From positions 15,295 to 79,294 of the forward strand of contig JAGWMQ010000003.1 of assembly GCA_028873125.1 (NCBI GenBank): a stretch of 64,000 nucleotides of DNA. Reading direction: 5' to 3'. The notes under the pieces were generated by a model. It was given only the letters and a program-made list of their open reading frames with translations, was not told the origin of the DNA and made no database searches. Shown here in pieces: positions 48,049-58,325 of the stretch. How positions within the stretch are numbered: the first letter of the stretch is position 1; each line of letters begins with the position of its first letter. Source of the DNA: Verrucomicrobiota bacterium. GTDB lineage: Bacteria > Verrucomicrobiota > Verrucomicrobiia > Limisphaerales > UBA11358. The position numbers were made by a program, and so were the translations under genes.

Positions 48049-48306
48049 ACTGTGCTCCTGGTTTGCTGTTGTTTGATTGTCGTTGCTCTCACCTTGCGGA
48101 GGTCGCGTCGGTGCGCTCGCCGCACTGTCCCTTAAGACTGCAAGGCACGTGCCAAGTGCAAAAACCAGTGAAATCGGGTGTTTCAGCGCCGGTGGCCGCG
48201 CAATTGCTTCGCACCGGTCTCCGGCGCGCGCAGATTTTGCGCAGCGGCCGGTGCGGAAACGAAACTTGTCTGCCTGCCGCCGCCGTCCCATCTTCAACGC
48301 GAGCCC

Positions 48307-49785
48307 ATGAGTGAAAAATTGGATTTCGACGTGGCCGTTCTCGGCGGCGGCAGCGCCGGTTACGCGGCGGCGCGAACCGCCGCCGGCGCCGGTCTCAAAT
48401 CAGTGGTCATCGAGGGCGCCGACGAGCTCGGCGGCCTGTGCATCCTGCGGGGCTGCATGCCCACCAAGGCGCTGCTTTACATCTCCGAAGTGTTGCATCT
48501 GGCGAAGAATGCCGGGCCGTTCGGCGTCCGCGTACACAAGGCCGGCCTGGATTTCAAAAGGGCAATGGCGCGGAAAAATGCGTTGATCCGCGAGTTCGCG
48601 GAGAACCGGGCGCGACAACTGCAAGCCGGCACCTTCAAGTTCATCCGCGCCCGCGCGAGATTTCTGGATGCGCACACGGTGGCATTAACCCCCCGTCAAG
48701 GCAGGGAGTGTCACTCCGCGCGCGCCGCAGCCGAAAAAATGCAAGACGGCGCGCAGGGGACTGACGCGCCCTGCAAGCCGCGCCGATTGTCCGCCAAACA
48801 CTTCGTCCTCGCCACCGGTTCGGCGGTCGCGCCGCCGCCCCTGCCCTCGCTTTCCGAGGCCGGCTACCTTACCAGCGACGACGCCTTGGCGCTGGAAAGA
48901 CCGCCGGAATCGCTCCTCGTCCTGGGCGGCGGGCCGACGGCGTGCGAATTCGCGCAGTTCTTCGCGCGGGTGGGCGTCAAGGTCACGCTGGTGCAGCGCA
49001 GCGGACGGGTCCTGATGGAATTTGACGCCGACGCCGCGACTGAAATTGAAAGGGTCTTCCGCCGCGAAGGCATCCAGGTCTTCACCGGCACAAGGTTGCT
49101 GGACGCCAAACGAAAGGCGAAACTCAAGGTCGTCTCGTTCGAGCGCGGGAGCAAAACGGCCGCCGTTTCTGCCGCGGAAATCCTGTTCGCGCTGGGCCGC
49201 GTGCCGAACACCACGTCACTGGATCTGGGCAAGGCCGGGGTGCAGACCGAGCGCGATCGCATCGTCGCCGATGAATTCATGCAAACCAGCGCGCCGCACA
49301 TCTATGCGGCGGGCGATTGCACCGGGCCGCATGAAATAGTCCATATCGCCGTGCAGCAGGGCGAAATCGCCGCTCACAACATCGCCCATCCGGACGCGCG
49401 GCGCGCCATGGACGGCCGGTTGCTGGCCGAGGTCGTTTTCACCGAGCCGCAGATCGCCTTCGTTGGCCTGACGGAAAAGGAGGCCGCGGCGCGCGGCCTC
49501 CCGTTTCTCGCCGCGAGTTATCCGTTCAACGACCACGGCAAATCGCTGATCATGGAGGCGAAGGACGGTTTTGTGAAACTGCTGGCCGATCCGAAGTCCG
49601 GAGAAATTTTGGGCGGCAGTTGCGTCGGACCGCTGGGCGGCGAACTCATCCACGAGATCGTGGCGGCGATGGCCAAGCGCATGACCGTGCATGAGCTCGC
49701 CGCCATGCCGCATTATCATCCCACGCTGGCGGAGATCTGGACCTACCCGGCGGAGGAATTGGCCGCAAAAATCCCGTGGCGATGA
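48307..49785 (+). CDS. Pyridine nucleotide-disulfide oxidoreductase (dihydrolipoyl dehydrogenase / mercuric reductase-like class I)
   Basis: FAD site VLGGGSAGYAAA; redox CXXXXC GGLCILRGCMPTK; NAD site VLGGGPTACEFA; C-terminal dimerisation HYHPTLAE. Confidence 0.85.
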   Translation: MSEKLDFDVAVLGGGSAGYAAARTAAGAGLKSVVIEGADELGGLCILRGCMPTKALLYISEVLHLAKNAGPFGVRVHKAGLDFKRAMARKNALIREFAENRARQLQAGTFKFIRARARFLDAHTVALTPRQGRECHSARAAAEKMQDGAQGTDAPCKPRRLSAKHFVLATGSAVAPPPLPSLSEAGYLTSDDALALERPPESLLVLGGGPTACEFAQFFARVGVKVTLVQRSGRVLMEFDADAATEIERVFRREGIQVFTGTRLLDAKRKAKLKVVSFERGSKTAAVSAAEILFALGRVPNTTSLDLGKAGVQTERDRIVADEFMQTSAPHIYAAGDCTGPHEIVHIAVQQGEIAAHNIAHPDARRAMDGRLLAEVVFTEPQIAFVGLTEKEAAARGLPFLAASYPFNDHGKSLIMEAKDGFVKLLADPKSGEILGGSCVGPLGGELIHEIVAAMAKRMTVHELAAMPHYHPTLAEIWTYPAEELAAKIPWR

Positions 49786-49846
49786 GCGGGCGACGTTCTG
49801 CCGGGTCGCGCGTGGCTCACCGTCATCCAGCCTGGAGGCCGGAAAG

Positions 49847-50311
49847 TCAGCGTTCCGGCAGGACGCCGTAATTCATGGCTGTCCGTTCCAGTTTATTCCA
49901 GGCTTCGTCAGATCGGCCGAGCGCGCCGAGCAGATACTCGCCCAGCCTCGGATTCGTCACGGCGAACTTGACCAGCGAGGGCGCGTCGGTCGCCGGCTTG
50001 CCCGCCGCGGTCGCGAACATGGCGACGCGCTCCGCTCGGGTGTGCAGGTTTTGGACCTGAACCAGATAGTCGAACCAGGCCGAACGGAAGTCCGCGGGGC
50101 AGTTCCGGACATCAATCGCCATCAGTCTCGGCAGGCCTTGCTTGCTCACAAGACCGGCCGGTCCATTTTCCGCTTCGAGCCTGGCGCGTTGCGCAAAGAC
50201 AGATTCGATCGCGGACTTTTGTGTCTCAGACTTTGCACCATCTTGGGTAACGGAACAACCAGTCAGCGCCAAAGCGCCGACCGCGAGTAGGAGTGCGATG
50301 GTTCTTTTCAC
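49847..50311 (-). CDS. Lipoprotein of unknown function
   Basis: GTG start. Lipobox LLAVGALALTGC. Lies immediately downstream of the ECF-fusion gene. Confidence 0.5.
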   Translation of the reverse strand: MKRTIALLLAVGALALTGCSVTQDGAKSETQKSAIESVFAQRARLEAENGPAGLVSKQGLPRLMAIDVRNCPADFRSAWFDYLVQVQNLHTRAERVAMFATAAGKPATDAPSLVKFAVTNPRLGEYLLGALGRSDEAWNKLERTAMNYGVLPER

Positions 50312-50346
50312 GGTGTGTTTTGTTGCATTGCGTTTTATGTTGAATT

Positions 50347-51975
50347 TTAGACTAACATTCGGCTGCGATTTTTCCTTTGTTTTTGCGCCATCCACCACAA
50401 GACCAGGAATGGGAGGATCCAAAACAAATTGAGCCAGAGCCAGTGCTCGTTGATGAAGAGCGCGCAGCGGCAAAACCAATGCGACTCAAAGGATTGCCGG
50501 GCGAGCTGGTTGTTGATCTGCTCCGCAAAGGCAAAGCGACCGATCGCAAAATCATGCGCCAGCGCGATGGTTCCAGCCGCCGCGTTCAATGCAATGGCCA
50601 GACCGCCAACAGCCTGCCAACCGGCGGCCAACCCGCCAAAAAACGCCCAGACGCCCAACGCAATGCCGCCAACAACGAAAATTCCCGCGGAAAGTCCGCC
50701 GATCGAGAGAACGCCGAGGGAGAATCCGCCGATGCTCAATGGCGCCATCGCCCAGGAGCCAAACGCAAACAGCCCGCCAATGGCGCGGTCGCCCATCGCA
50801 ATCCACGCCTTGACCGGCCCCTTCAGAAGGCTGAACCGGTCGCCGATGCGGATGTGGACGAGGGGCAGTCCGAGCCATTTTGTCTGACTGCAGAACTCCC
50901 ACGCCGGTTTGGGAAGCACGCCGGCGTGTTCCTTCGCCAGAATTCGGGCCAGATTCTGGCGGCGTTTCCCCGACGTGCCACAGATCCAAAGCGTCGGCAG
51001 ATAAATCAAAACCAGTCCCGTGGCGAACAGGCCGGACATAAACGAACGGTCACTTTGGTTCCGGGACATCCACAAAGCCACCGCCGCAAACGGGAGGAAC
51101 AAGCCCAAAGTGATCAGGCCGGCTTTCCCGAAAAGCGACCGGACCCGGGCGCGTTCTGCATCGGACTGCGCCCCGTCCAGAGCAACGCGGTAGGCGAGGT
51201 AATTGGGAAGAATGACCGCGAGCGGACCCATCAGCATCCCCAGCAGACCCGCTGCTCCAGTGGCTTTGGCCGAGGCGCTGCTTTTCGCGAGGGTGGCGCC
51301 CACGGTGGCCGCCTTGGCGGAAGTTGCAAGCCCGGGCAGCGAAGCCAGGACGGCGAGAGTAAAGGCCCTGTCCGGTTTCGTCCGCTCCAGCGCGCCCTCC
51401 ACAAAGGCCAGCACCTGCTCCTGCAGCAATTTTCGCCCGCGCGAAAGACGCTGTTTTACCGTGTCCGCGGTCAGCTCCAGGTTCGCCGCCACGGCCTCCA
51501 CGGATTGATGTTCACGGTAGAACAAAATCAATGGCTCACGATATAGTTCCGGAAGGCATTCGAGCGAGCGCCAGAGAATGGCCGCTTCCTCATTGCTGAT
51601 GGCATGTTCGATGGGCAGCGGCTCCGGGGAACGGTTTTCGGCCGCGTCCTCCAGCGGCTCCGCCCGGTGGCTCGGTTCGCGGCCTTGTCGGCGCCGAGCG
51701 TTGTTGATGAGGTTGCGCGTGATGCCGCACAACCAGGCGCGCAGTTTCTCCGGCTCGCGCAAATTCGCCAATTGCTTCCACGCGGCGACAAAGGTGTCCT
51801 GCGCCAGGTCCTCGCTCTGGGTCAGGCTGCCGGTGGCGCTGTAAGCCAGCGAGCAAACCAGCGACTGGTAGCGGGCGACGATTTGACCGAAGGCGTCGCG
51901 GTGCCCCGCCAGACTGGCCCCCACCAATTCGGCATCCGGCGTTTCCGTCCTGACTGTCATTTGAGTGCTTGTCAT
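50347..51975 (-). CDS. ECF sigma factor fused to a polytopic membrane domain
   Basis: N-terminal sigma regions 2 and 4 (FGQIVARYQSLVCSLAY, DLAQDTFVAAW, LRAWLCGITRN, REPLILFYREHQSVEAVAANLELTADTVKQRLSRGR). This is followed by about 350 aa with about 8 predicted TM helices and GG-x-x-x-G repeats. Confidence 0.8.
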   Translation of the reverse strand: MTSTQMTVRTETPDAELVGASLAGHRDAFGQIVARYQSLVCSLAYSATGSLTQSEDLAQDTFVAAWKQLANLREPEKLRAWLCGITRNLINNARRRQGREPSHRAEPLEDAAENRSPEPLPIEHAISNEEAAILWRSLECLPELYREPLILFYREHQSVEAVAANLELTADTVKQRLSRGRKLLQEQVLAFVEGALERTKPDRAFTLAVLASLPGLATSAKAATVGATLAKSSASAKATGAAGLLGMLMGPLAVILPNYLAYRVALDGAQSDAERARVRSLFGKAGLITLGLFLPFAAVALWMSRNQSDRSFMSGLFATGLVLIYLPTLWICGTSGKRRQNLARILAKEHAGVLPKPAWEFCSQTKWLGLPLVHIRIGDRFSLLKGPVKAWIAMGDRAIGGLFAFGSWAMAPLSIGGFSLGVLSIGGLSAGIFVVGGIALGVWAFFGGLAAGWQAVGGLAIALNAAAGTIALAHDFAIGRFAFAEQINNQLARQSFESHWFCRCALFINEHWLWLNLFWILPFLVLWWMAQKQRKNRSRMLV

Positions 51976-52105
51976 AACGCCGCATCAGTGGCAAACGGAG
52001 GAGAAAAGGTGACGGCAAATCCAGACGACGGCCCTGGTCTCCTCCGCGCCGGGCTTTGGCGCGAAAGATTCATTCACCCCGGGAAGCCGCCCGCAAAACC
52101 TCCGC

Positions 52106-53116
52106 TCATTGGCTTTTCGGAGCGAACATTTGCCCGGCCATTTTCATGCCGGCGATCTGCAACTGGCGTTGCGCCCTTTGGAAATCTTGAAAGGCCGCAA
52201 GTTGCGCCGGCGTCAAAATCTGTTGCGCCCGCGTGAGCACTTGCTCGTCGTTCCGCTCCATTTCCCGGGTGAATGTCTCGATGTTTTCCCCGGTGAACAT
52301 CGCCGCGTAATTGCCGCTGTCCAGGTTCTGCGGATCCAAATCCGCCGACCATTGAAAATCATTGCGCGCGTCGCCCATTGCCTGAATCAACTGCGCCTGC
52401 TGCTGTGCGCTCAACGCCGTCGGCGTCCCGGCCAGTTGGTCGCTGAACTGGCTGACGGCGGTCCGGTCGGGCACGGTTTTTTCATAAGTCTGCAACGCCT
52501 GATAATCTTCGTCGCCGAGCAGTTGCTGGATTTGATTCTCGGCGTCCTCGGTCCGGCTCCGGATCTGCCGGGCCAGCTCGGCGCGTTGCGAGGCGTCCAG
52601 GCTGCCGTCCAGCATTGAAAAGCCGGCGTCGGTCCCGGCAGACATTTTCTTTTCGAGCAGCGCTTTCAAGGCGGCGACCTGCCCGGGCGTCAGATTGAGT
52701 TGCTGAAACAGCGCCCCGTATTGCCGGTCAATCATCGGTCCCATGATGGCCTGCTGCTGCGACTTGATGAGTTCGCGCATCTTCGGGTCTTTGAACATCG
52801 CCGCAATCCCCTGCAGGGGATCGTTGGTTCCCGCCGCCAACGACCGTTTCAAGTGTTCGGATTGCCTGGATTCTTCGGCCACACTGGCCGAGGATTCGAC
52901 GACCAACTGCTGCAGCATCTTCTCATTGGCCTCGGCGAATCGGGCGCGTTCAACCAGGTCGCTTTGCCTCCTGACCTCCGCTTCCACCGCCGCCAACCGC
53001 GCCCGGGTTTGGGCGAGTTGCGCGGCTTGGCTCCGAATTCTGGATTGGTCGCTCACGCCCCATGTGCCCAGCGCGACGACCGCAAGGGTCAACACGACGA
53101 TGGCAAGATTTTTCAT
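52106..53116 (-). CDS. Periplasmic or anchored helical protein with LTPxQ repeats (Spy/CpxP-like?)
   Basis: Signal/anchor MKNLAIVVLTLAVVALG; coiled coil; LNLTPGQVAALKALL and ILTPAQLAAFQDF motifs. Confidence 0.5.
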   Translation of the reverse strand: MKNLAIVVLTLAVVALGTWGVSDQSRIRSQAAQLAQTRARLAAVEAEVRRQSDLVERARFAEANEKMLQQLVVESSASVAEESRQSEHLKRSLAAGTNDPLQGIAAMFKDPKMRELIKSQQQAIMGPMIDRQYGALFQQLNLTPGQVAALKALLEKKMSAGTDAGFSMLDGSLDASQRAELARQIRSRTEDAENQIQQLLGDEDYQALQTYEKTVPDRTAVSQFSDQLAGTPTALSAQQQAQLIQAMGDARNDFQWSADLDPQNLDSGNYAAMFTGENIETFTREMERNDEQVLTRAQQILTPAQLAAFQDFQRAQRQLQIAGMKMAGQMFAPKSQ

Positions 53117-53223
53117 GGCCACTCTTGATGGGAATAATAGCACACCATTAGCGGATCGTCACCCTGAAGCCGGACGATAAAAGGGAGGCTGTGTCCTGCG
53201 GGGTCTGCCTCGGCCGCCGCTTC

Positions 53224-55233
53224 TCAAGCTGGAACAGCCGCCATCGCTTGGGAGTCGTCGGTGGGAACAGGCAACGTCCGCCCGGGGCAATTTTCCGCAC
53301 CATCGAGTGTGTTTCGAATGAGCCGGGCGACCTGCTCCGGTTGGTAAGGCTTTGGCAGGAAGACAATGTCCTCCCCGGAAAAGTCTCTGCCCGAAAACGT
53401 CGGGCTGTAGCCGCTGGCGTAAATGATTTTGAGCGCGGGTTTGCGGCGTTTCAGTTCCCGGGCCAGGTCGCCACCGCTCATTCCGCCGGGCATGACCATG
53501 TCGGTCAGGAGCAAATCAACCTGGCCGCCGTTCTCCTCCCAGACGCGCAGGCCTTCGGCGCCGGAGGCGGCAATCAAGACGCGGTAGCGGTATTGTTGGA
53601 GAACTTCCTGCATCAGGTGAAGGACGCTGATTTCATCCTCGACCAACAGGAGGGTTTCAGGCCCGCCGCGGACGGCGCCGGACCCGGTTTGCGAAGCGGC
53701 GGCCTCGTCGCCGCTCTTTCCGGCTTCGGGCAGAAAGACCTTGAAGGTGGAGCCGGCGCCGACGCGGCTTTGGACTTCGAGCCAGCCGTGATGTTGCCTG
53801 ACGATGCCGAAGACGGTGGCCAGTCCCAGTCCCGTTCCCCGCCCGATGTCTTTGGTGGTGAAAAACGGCTCGAATATCCGCTGGATCACGGCGGGAGACA
53901 TCCCGCAGCCGGTGTCCGTGACGGTCAGACAGACGAACCGCCCGGCCCGCGCCTGGGGATGGCGCCGCACGTAATCGGCGTCAATGTCGGCGCTCTCGGT
54001 GGTCAGCGTGAGTTTGCCGCCTTGGGCCATGGCGTCGCGGGCGTTGACCGCCAGGTTCATCACGATTTGTTCGATGAGCGCCGCATCGGCCAGGATGCTG
54101 GGCAGAGGCGGCCGGCAGCAGATTTCCAGGACAATGTCGTCGCCCAGCATTTGCGGCAGCAGGGTCTTCAGATTTTCCAGGACGGCGTTCAGGTCGAGGA
54201 TCCGGGCCCGGAAAATCTGCTTGCGACTGAAGGCCAGGAGATGCCGGACGAACCCGGCGGCGCGCGCGGTGGCGGCGGTGATTTGCCTCAACGATCTTGC
54301 CGCCTCCCCGCCGGGCGCGGCCGCGCTCAGCAGCAGTCCGGCGTGGCCTTGGATGACGGTGAGGATGTTGTTGATGTCATGCGCCACGCCGGCGGCCAAC
54401 TGGCCGATGGATTCCATTTTCTGGGCCTGGCGCAGTTGCGCCTCCAACGCCAGGCGCTCGGTGATGTCTTCGATCGTGGCGACCAGGCCGTCAATGTCGC
54501 CGGCGGCGTTGAAGAGAGGCGCGGCGTTGGTGCAGAGCAGCGCGCGGCGTCCGTCGCGGAACTGCATCGCATGGTGAACATCATGCGCCGGATGGCCGGA
54601 GTCGAGGACCGCCCTCAACGACGGCGCCCGCCCCGCGACCTTGTTGCCTTCCATGTCCGTTTCCGTCCAGTCCAGAACCGAGGCCGTTTCCCCGCCGGCC
54701 GGGTTCCCGGCGCGCGTCAGGATCTCCCCGGCCCGGCGGTTGGCGAAGGTGATCAGGCCGGTGTGACTGGTGACGACGATGCCTACGGGGCTGGTCTCCA
54801 TGATCCGGCCGATCAGGTCGCGCTCGCGCCGGAGAATTTCCTCGGCGCGTCTGCCCGCGATGGCATACCGGATGGCGCGCTCGAGCGTGTCCGCGTTCAA
54901 CTGGCCTTTGACCAGATAATCGGCGGCGCCGGCCTTCGCCGCTTCCAGATCAATTTCATGGTCGTCCTGCCCGGTGAGCAAAATCATCGGCGGTGGATCG
55001 GTGAGAGTCCGCGCTTCGCGCAGCAACTCCAGTCCGGTCCGCCCGCCGAGACGATAGTCCAGGAGGCAGATGTCATAGGAACGGCGCTGGAGCGCTTCGA
55101 GCGCGGCGTCGTAGTTGTCCGCCCAGTCCAATTGATGCCGCCGGTCGCGGATTTGAGAGATCACCTCGCGGGTGATGACGTAATCGTCTTCATCATCATC
55201 CACCAGCAGGACCTTGATCGGATTGTCGGCCAT
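53224..55233 (-). CDS. Hybrid sensor histidine kinase (REC-PAS-HisKA-HATPase-REC)
   Basis: N-terminal receiver KVLLVDDDEDD...DICLLDYRL; H-box GQLAAGVAHDINNIL; GTGLGLATV; C-terminal receiver LLVEDE...DLLLTDMVMPG. Confidence 0.9.
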   Translation of the reverse strand: MADNPIKVLLVDDDEDDYVITREVISQIRDRRHQLDWADNYDAALEALQRRSYDICLLDYRLGGRTGLELLREARTLTDPPPMILLTGQDDHEIDLEAAKAGAADYLVKGQLNADTLERAIRYAIAGRRAEEILRRERDLIGRIMETSPVGIVVTSHTGLITFANRRAGEILTRAGNPAGGETASVLDWTETDMEGNKVAGRAPSLRAVLDSGHPAHDVHHAMQFRDGRRALLCTNAAPLFNAAGDIDGLVATIEDITERLALEAQLRQAQKMESIGQLAAGVAHDINNILTVIQGHAGLLLSAAAPGGEAARSLRQITAATARAAGFVRHLLAFSRKQIFRARILDLNAVLENLKTLLPQMLGDDIVLEICCRPPLPSILADAALIEQIVMNLAVNARDAMAQGGKLTLTTESADIDADYVRRHPQARAGRFVCLTVTDTGCGMSPAVIQRIFEPFFTTKDIGRGTGLGLATVFGIVRQHHGWLEVQSRVGAGSTFKVFLPEAGKSGDEAAASQTGSGAVRGGPETLLLVEDEISVLHLMQEVLQQYRYRVLIAASGAEGLRVWEENGGQVDLLLTDMVMPGGMSGGDLARELKRRKPALKIIYASGYSPTFSGRDFSGEDIVFLPKPYQPEQVARLIRNTLDGAENCPGRTLPVPTDDSQAMAAVPA

Positions 55234-55240
55234 GGCCTCT

Positions 55241-55696
55241 TCAGTTTTCGCCGGGCGGCAGTTCCACCACCTCGAACCAATATCGGCCCAGAACCTTGAC
55301 CAGTTCGACCAGCGATTTGAACGTGACGGGTTTGGTGACGTAGGAATTCACGCCCAAGTCGTAGCTGCGGAGGATGTCCTCTTCGGCCTTGGAGGTGGTG
55401 AGCACGACAACGGGGATCCGGCGCAGCTCGGGATGGGCCTTGATTTCCTTGAGCGCCTCCCGTCCGTCCTTGCGCGGCATGTTCAGGTCCAGCAAAATCA
55501 AGCCCGGCAGGGGGGCGTGCTTCAATCCGGCGTATTTCCCGCGGCGGTGCAGATAATCCATGAGTTCTTCGCCGTCCTGGACGCAATCCAGCGAGTTGGC
55601 CAGCCGGTTTTCGGCGAAGGCGTCCAGCGTCAGTTTCCGGTCGTCGGGATCATCGTCGGCCAGCAGGATGGTGATCCTTTTTGCTTCCTTGTTCAT
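55241..55696 (-). CDS. Single-domain response regulator (REC only)
   Basis: ILLADDDPDD, LILLDLNMPRKDG, VVVLTTS, NSYVTKP. Confidence 0.9.
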   Translation of the reverse strand: MNKEAKRITILLADDDPDDRKLTLDAFAENRLANSLDCVQDGEELMDYLHRRGKYAGLKHAPLPGLILLDLNMPRKDGREALKEIKAHPELRRIPVVVLTTSKAEEDILRSYDLGVNSYVTKPVTFKSLVELVKVLGRYWFEVVELPPGEN

Positions 55697-55703
55697 GATT
55701 TCC

Positions 55704-57053
55704 TCAAGCGTTGGGCGCCGGTTTCGGGTGTGCCACCGGCAGGGTGACGATGAAGGCGGCCCCTTTTCCGGGCTGGCTTTTGGCCGTGAGGTCACCGCCA
55801 TGGTGAAGGGCGATCTTGTGGGCGATGGCCAGCCCCATGCCGGTGCCCTCGTATTCATCACGGGTGTGCAGCCGCTGAAAAACATTGAAAATCCGGTCCA
55901 GATATTTCTCGTCGAACCCGATGCCGTTGTCGCTGACGGTCAACTGGCAAAGGTCCATGGGAGGCGCGCCGGGCGGGGTCTGGGGCGACACGCCGGAAAC
56001 CATCCGGGCCTGGACTTTGACCACGGGCGGCTCGTCCGGACGGTGAAACTTGAGCGCGTTGCCGATGAGGTTCTGGAGGAGCCGCCGCAATTGCAGGGCC
56101 TCGCCGTCAATTAGCGGCAGCGCTCCCACCTCGACGCGACCGCGGGCTTGTTCAATCCGCGCCTCCAGATCGTTCACCGCCTCGCGGGCGATTTCCGCCA
56201 GGTCCACCGGCGCGAACGGTTGCGCCTTGGTGGTGACACGCGAAAAGGCCAGCAGGTCGTTGATGAGATTTTGCATCCGCGAAGCCGCCTTCTGCATCCG
56301 CCCCAGATAATCGCGGCCGTCCGGCGAAAAGGCGTCGGCGCACTTTTCCTTGAGGCGCTCGCCGAAGACGACGATTTTGCGCAACGGCTCCTGCAAGTCG
56401 TGCGAGGCGACGTAGGCGAAATCCTGCAGCTCGCGGTTGCTGCGCTCAAGCTGGGCGGCGAACTCGCGCAGCTTCGCCTCGCTCTGCCGCAGCGCCTCCT
56501 GGGTCATCTTCAATTCATGGATGTCGCGCGTGATGCCGAGCGTCCCCAGGATGCCGCCCCGCGCGTCGCGCCAGAGGACCTTGGTGCAGACGCGCCAGCG
56601 CCTGGCGCCCAAGGGGTCGCCGAGCCGGGGCTTGTATTGCTCCTGGTTGATGAGGGGTTTGCCGGATTCGAGGATCGCCTGTTCATCGGCGTGAAACTGC
56701 GCCGCCAGTTCGCGCGGAAAATAATCGAAATCACTCCTGCCCGTCATCTCCGCCGGCGACCGGGCACCCAGCGACTCGGCGTGCGCCGAGTTGTTCAGTA
56801 GGAAACGCCCCTGCCTGTCCTTCGCGTAAATGTTGTCGGGCAGGCTGTCAATCACCATCCGCAGCATGTCCCGCTCCTGCGCCAGCGCGGCGTTTTCCCG
56901 CCTCAAACGCGCGTTCTCCTGGGCCAGCCGGTCTGGAGCGCCGGCGGCCGCCTCGGCCTCAAACGAAAACTCCGGCGACGCATCCGGCAACGCGGGAGCG
57001 GTTTCCGACAGGCAAAAGTCATTCCCGTCAATCGTATTCATACCCGAACGCAC
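55704..57053 (-). CDS. PAS-domain sensor histidine kinase
   Basis: Coiled coil plus PAS; H-box FAYVASHDLQEPLRKI; N/G boxes GNALKF, DNGIGF, GTGMGLAI. Confidence 0.9.
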   Translation of the reverse strand: MRSGMNTIDGNDFCLSETAPALPDASPEFSFEAEAAAGAPDRLAQENARLRRENAALAQERDMLRMVIDSLPDNIYAKDRQGRFLLNNSAHAESLGARSPAEMTGRSDFDYFPRELAAQFHADEQAILESGKPLINQEQYKPRLGDPLGARRWRVCTKVLWRDARGGILGTLGITRDIHELKMTQEALRQSEAKLREFAAQLERSNRELQDFAYVASHDLQEPLRKIVVFGERLKEKCADAFSPDGRDYLGRMQKAASRMQNLINDLLAFSRVTTKAQPFAPVDLAEIAREAVNDLEARIEQARGRVEVGALPLIDGEALQLRRLLQNLIGNALKFHRPDEPPVVKVQARMVSGVSPQTPPGAPPMDLCQLTVSDNGIGFDEKYLDRIFNVFQRLHTRDEYEGTGMGLAIAHKIALHHGGDLTAKSQPGKGAAFIVTLPVAHPKPAPNA

Positions 57054-57219
57054 ACGACCCAGGCTGCAGACAGATCAGCCGGTTGGGAGCGAAGCAGGTT
57101 GAATGCCGGATTGCCGGACGCTGTTCAGGACTCCTCGCGATGTCCCCGGGGATTCAGACGTCGGTGAATTCCACTCCAACCTTTGCCTTTAAATCCGACA
57201 CGAGGCGTCCTCAAATCAT

Positions 57220-58208
<989 letters not shown>

Positions 58209-58325
58209 TTAAATGAACTTTGATAAACCCGGCCAGAAGAAATTTTGAAGTTTTTCGCGCAGGCCGCGCGGAAAAAGCCCCGCTCCGAAATTGTTGTCCC
58301 GGGCAAGGAAGGCTAGATTGTCGGC

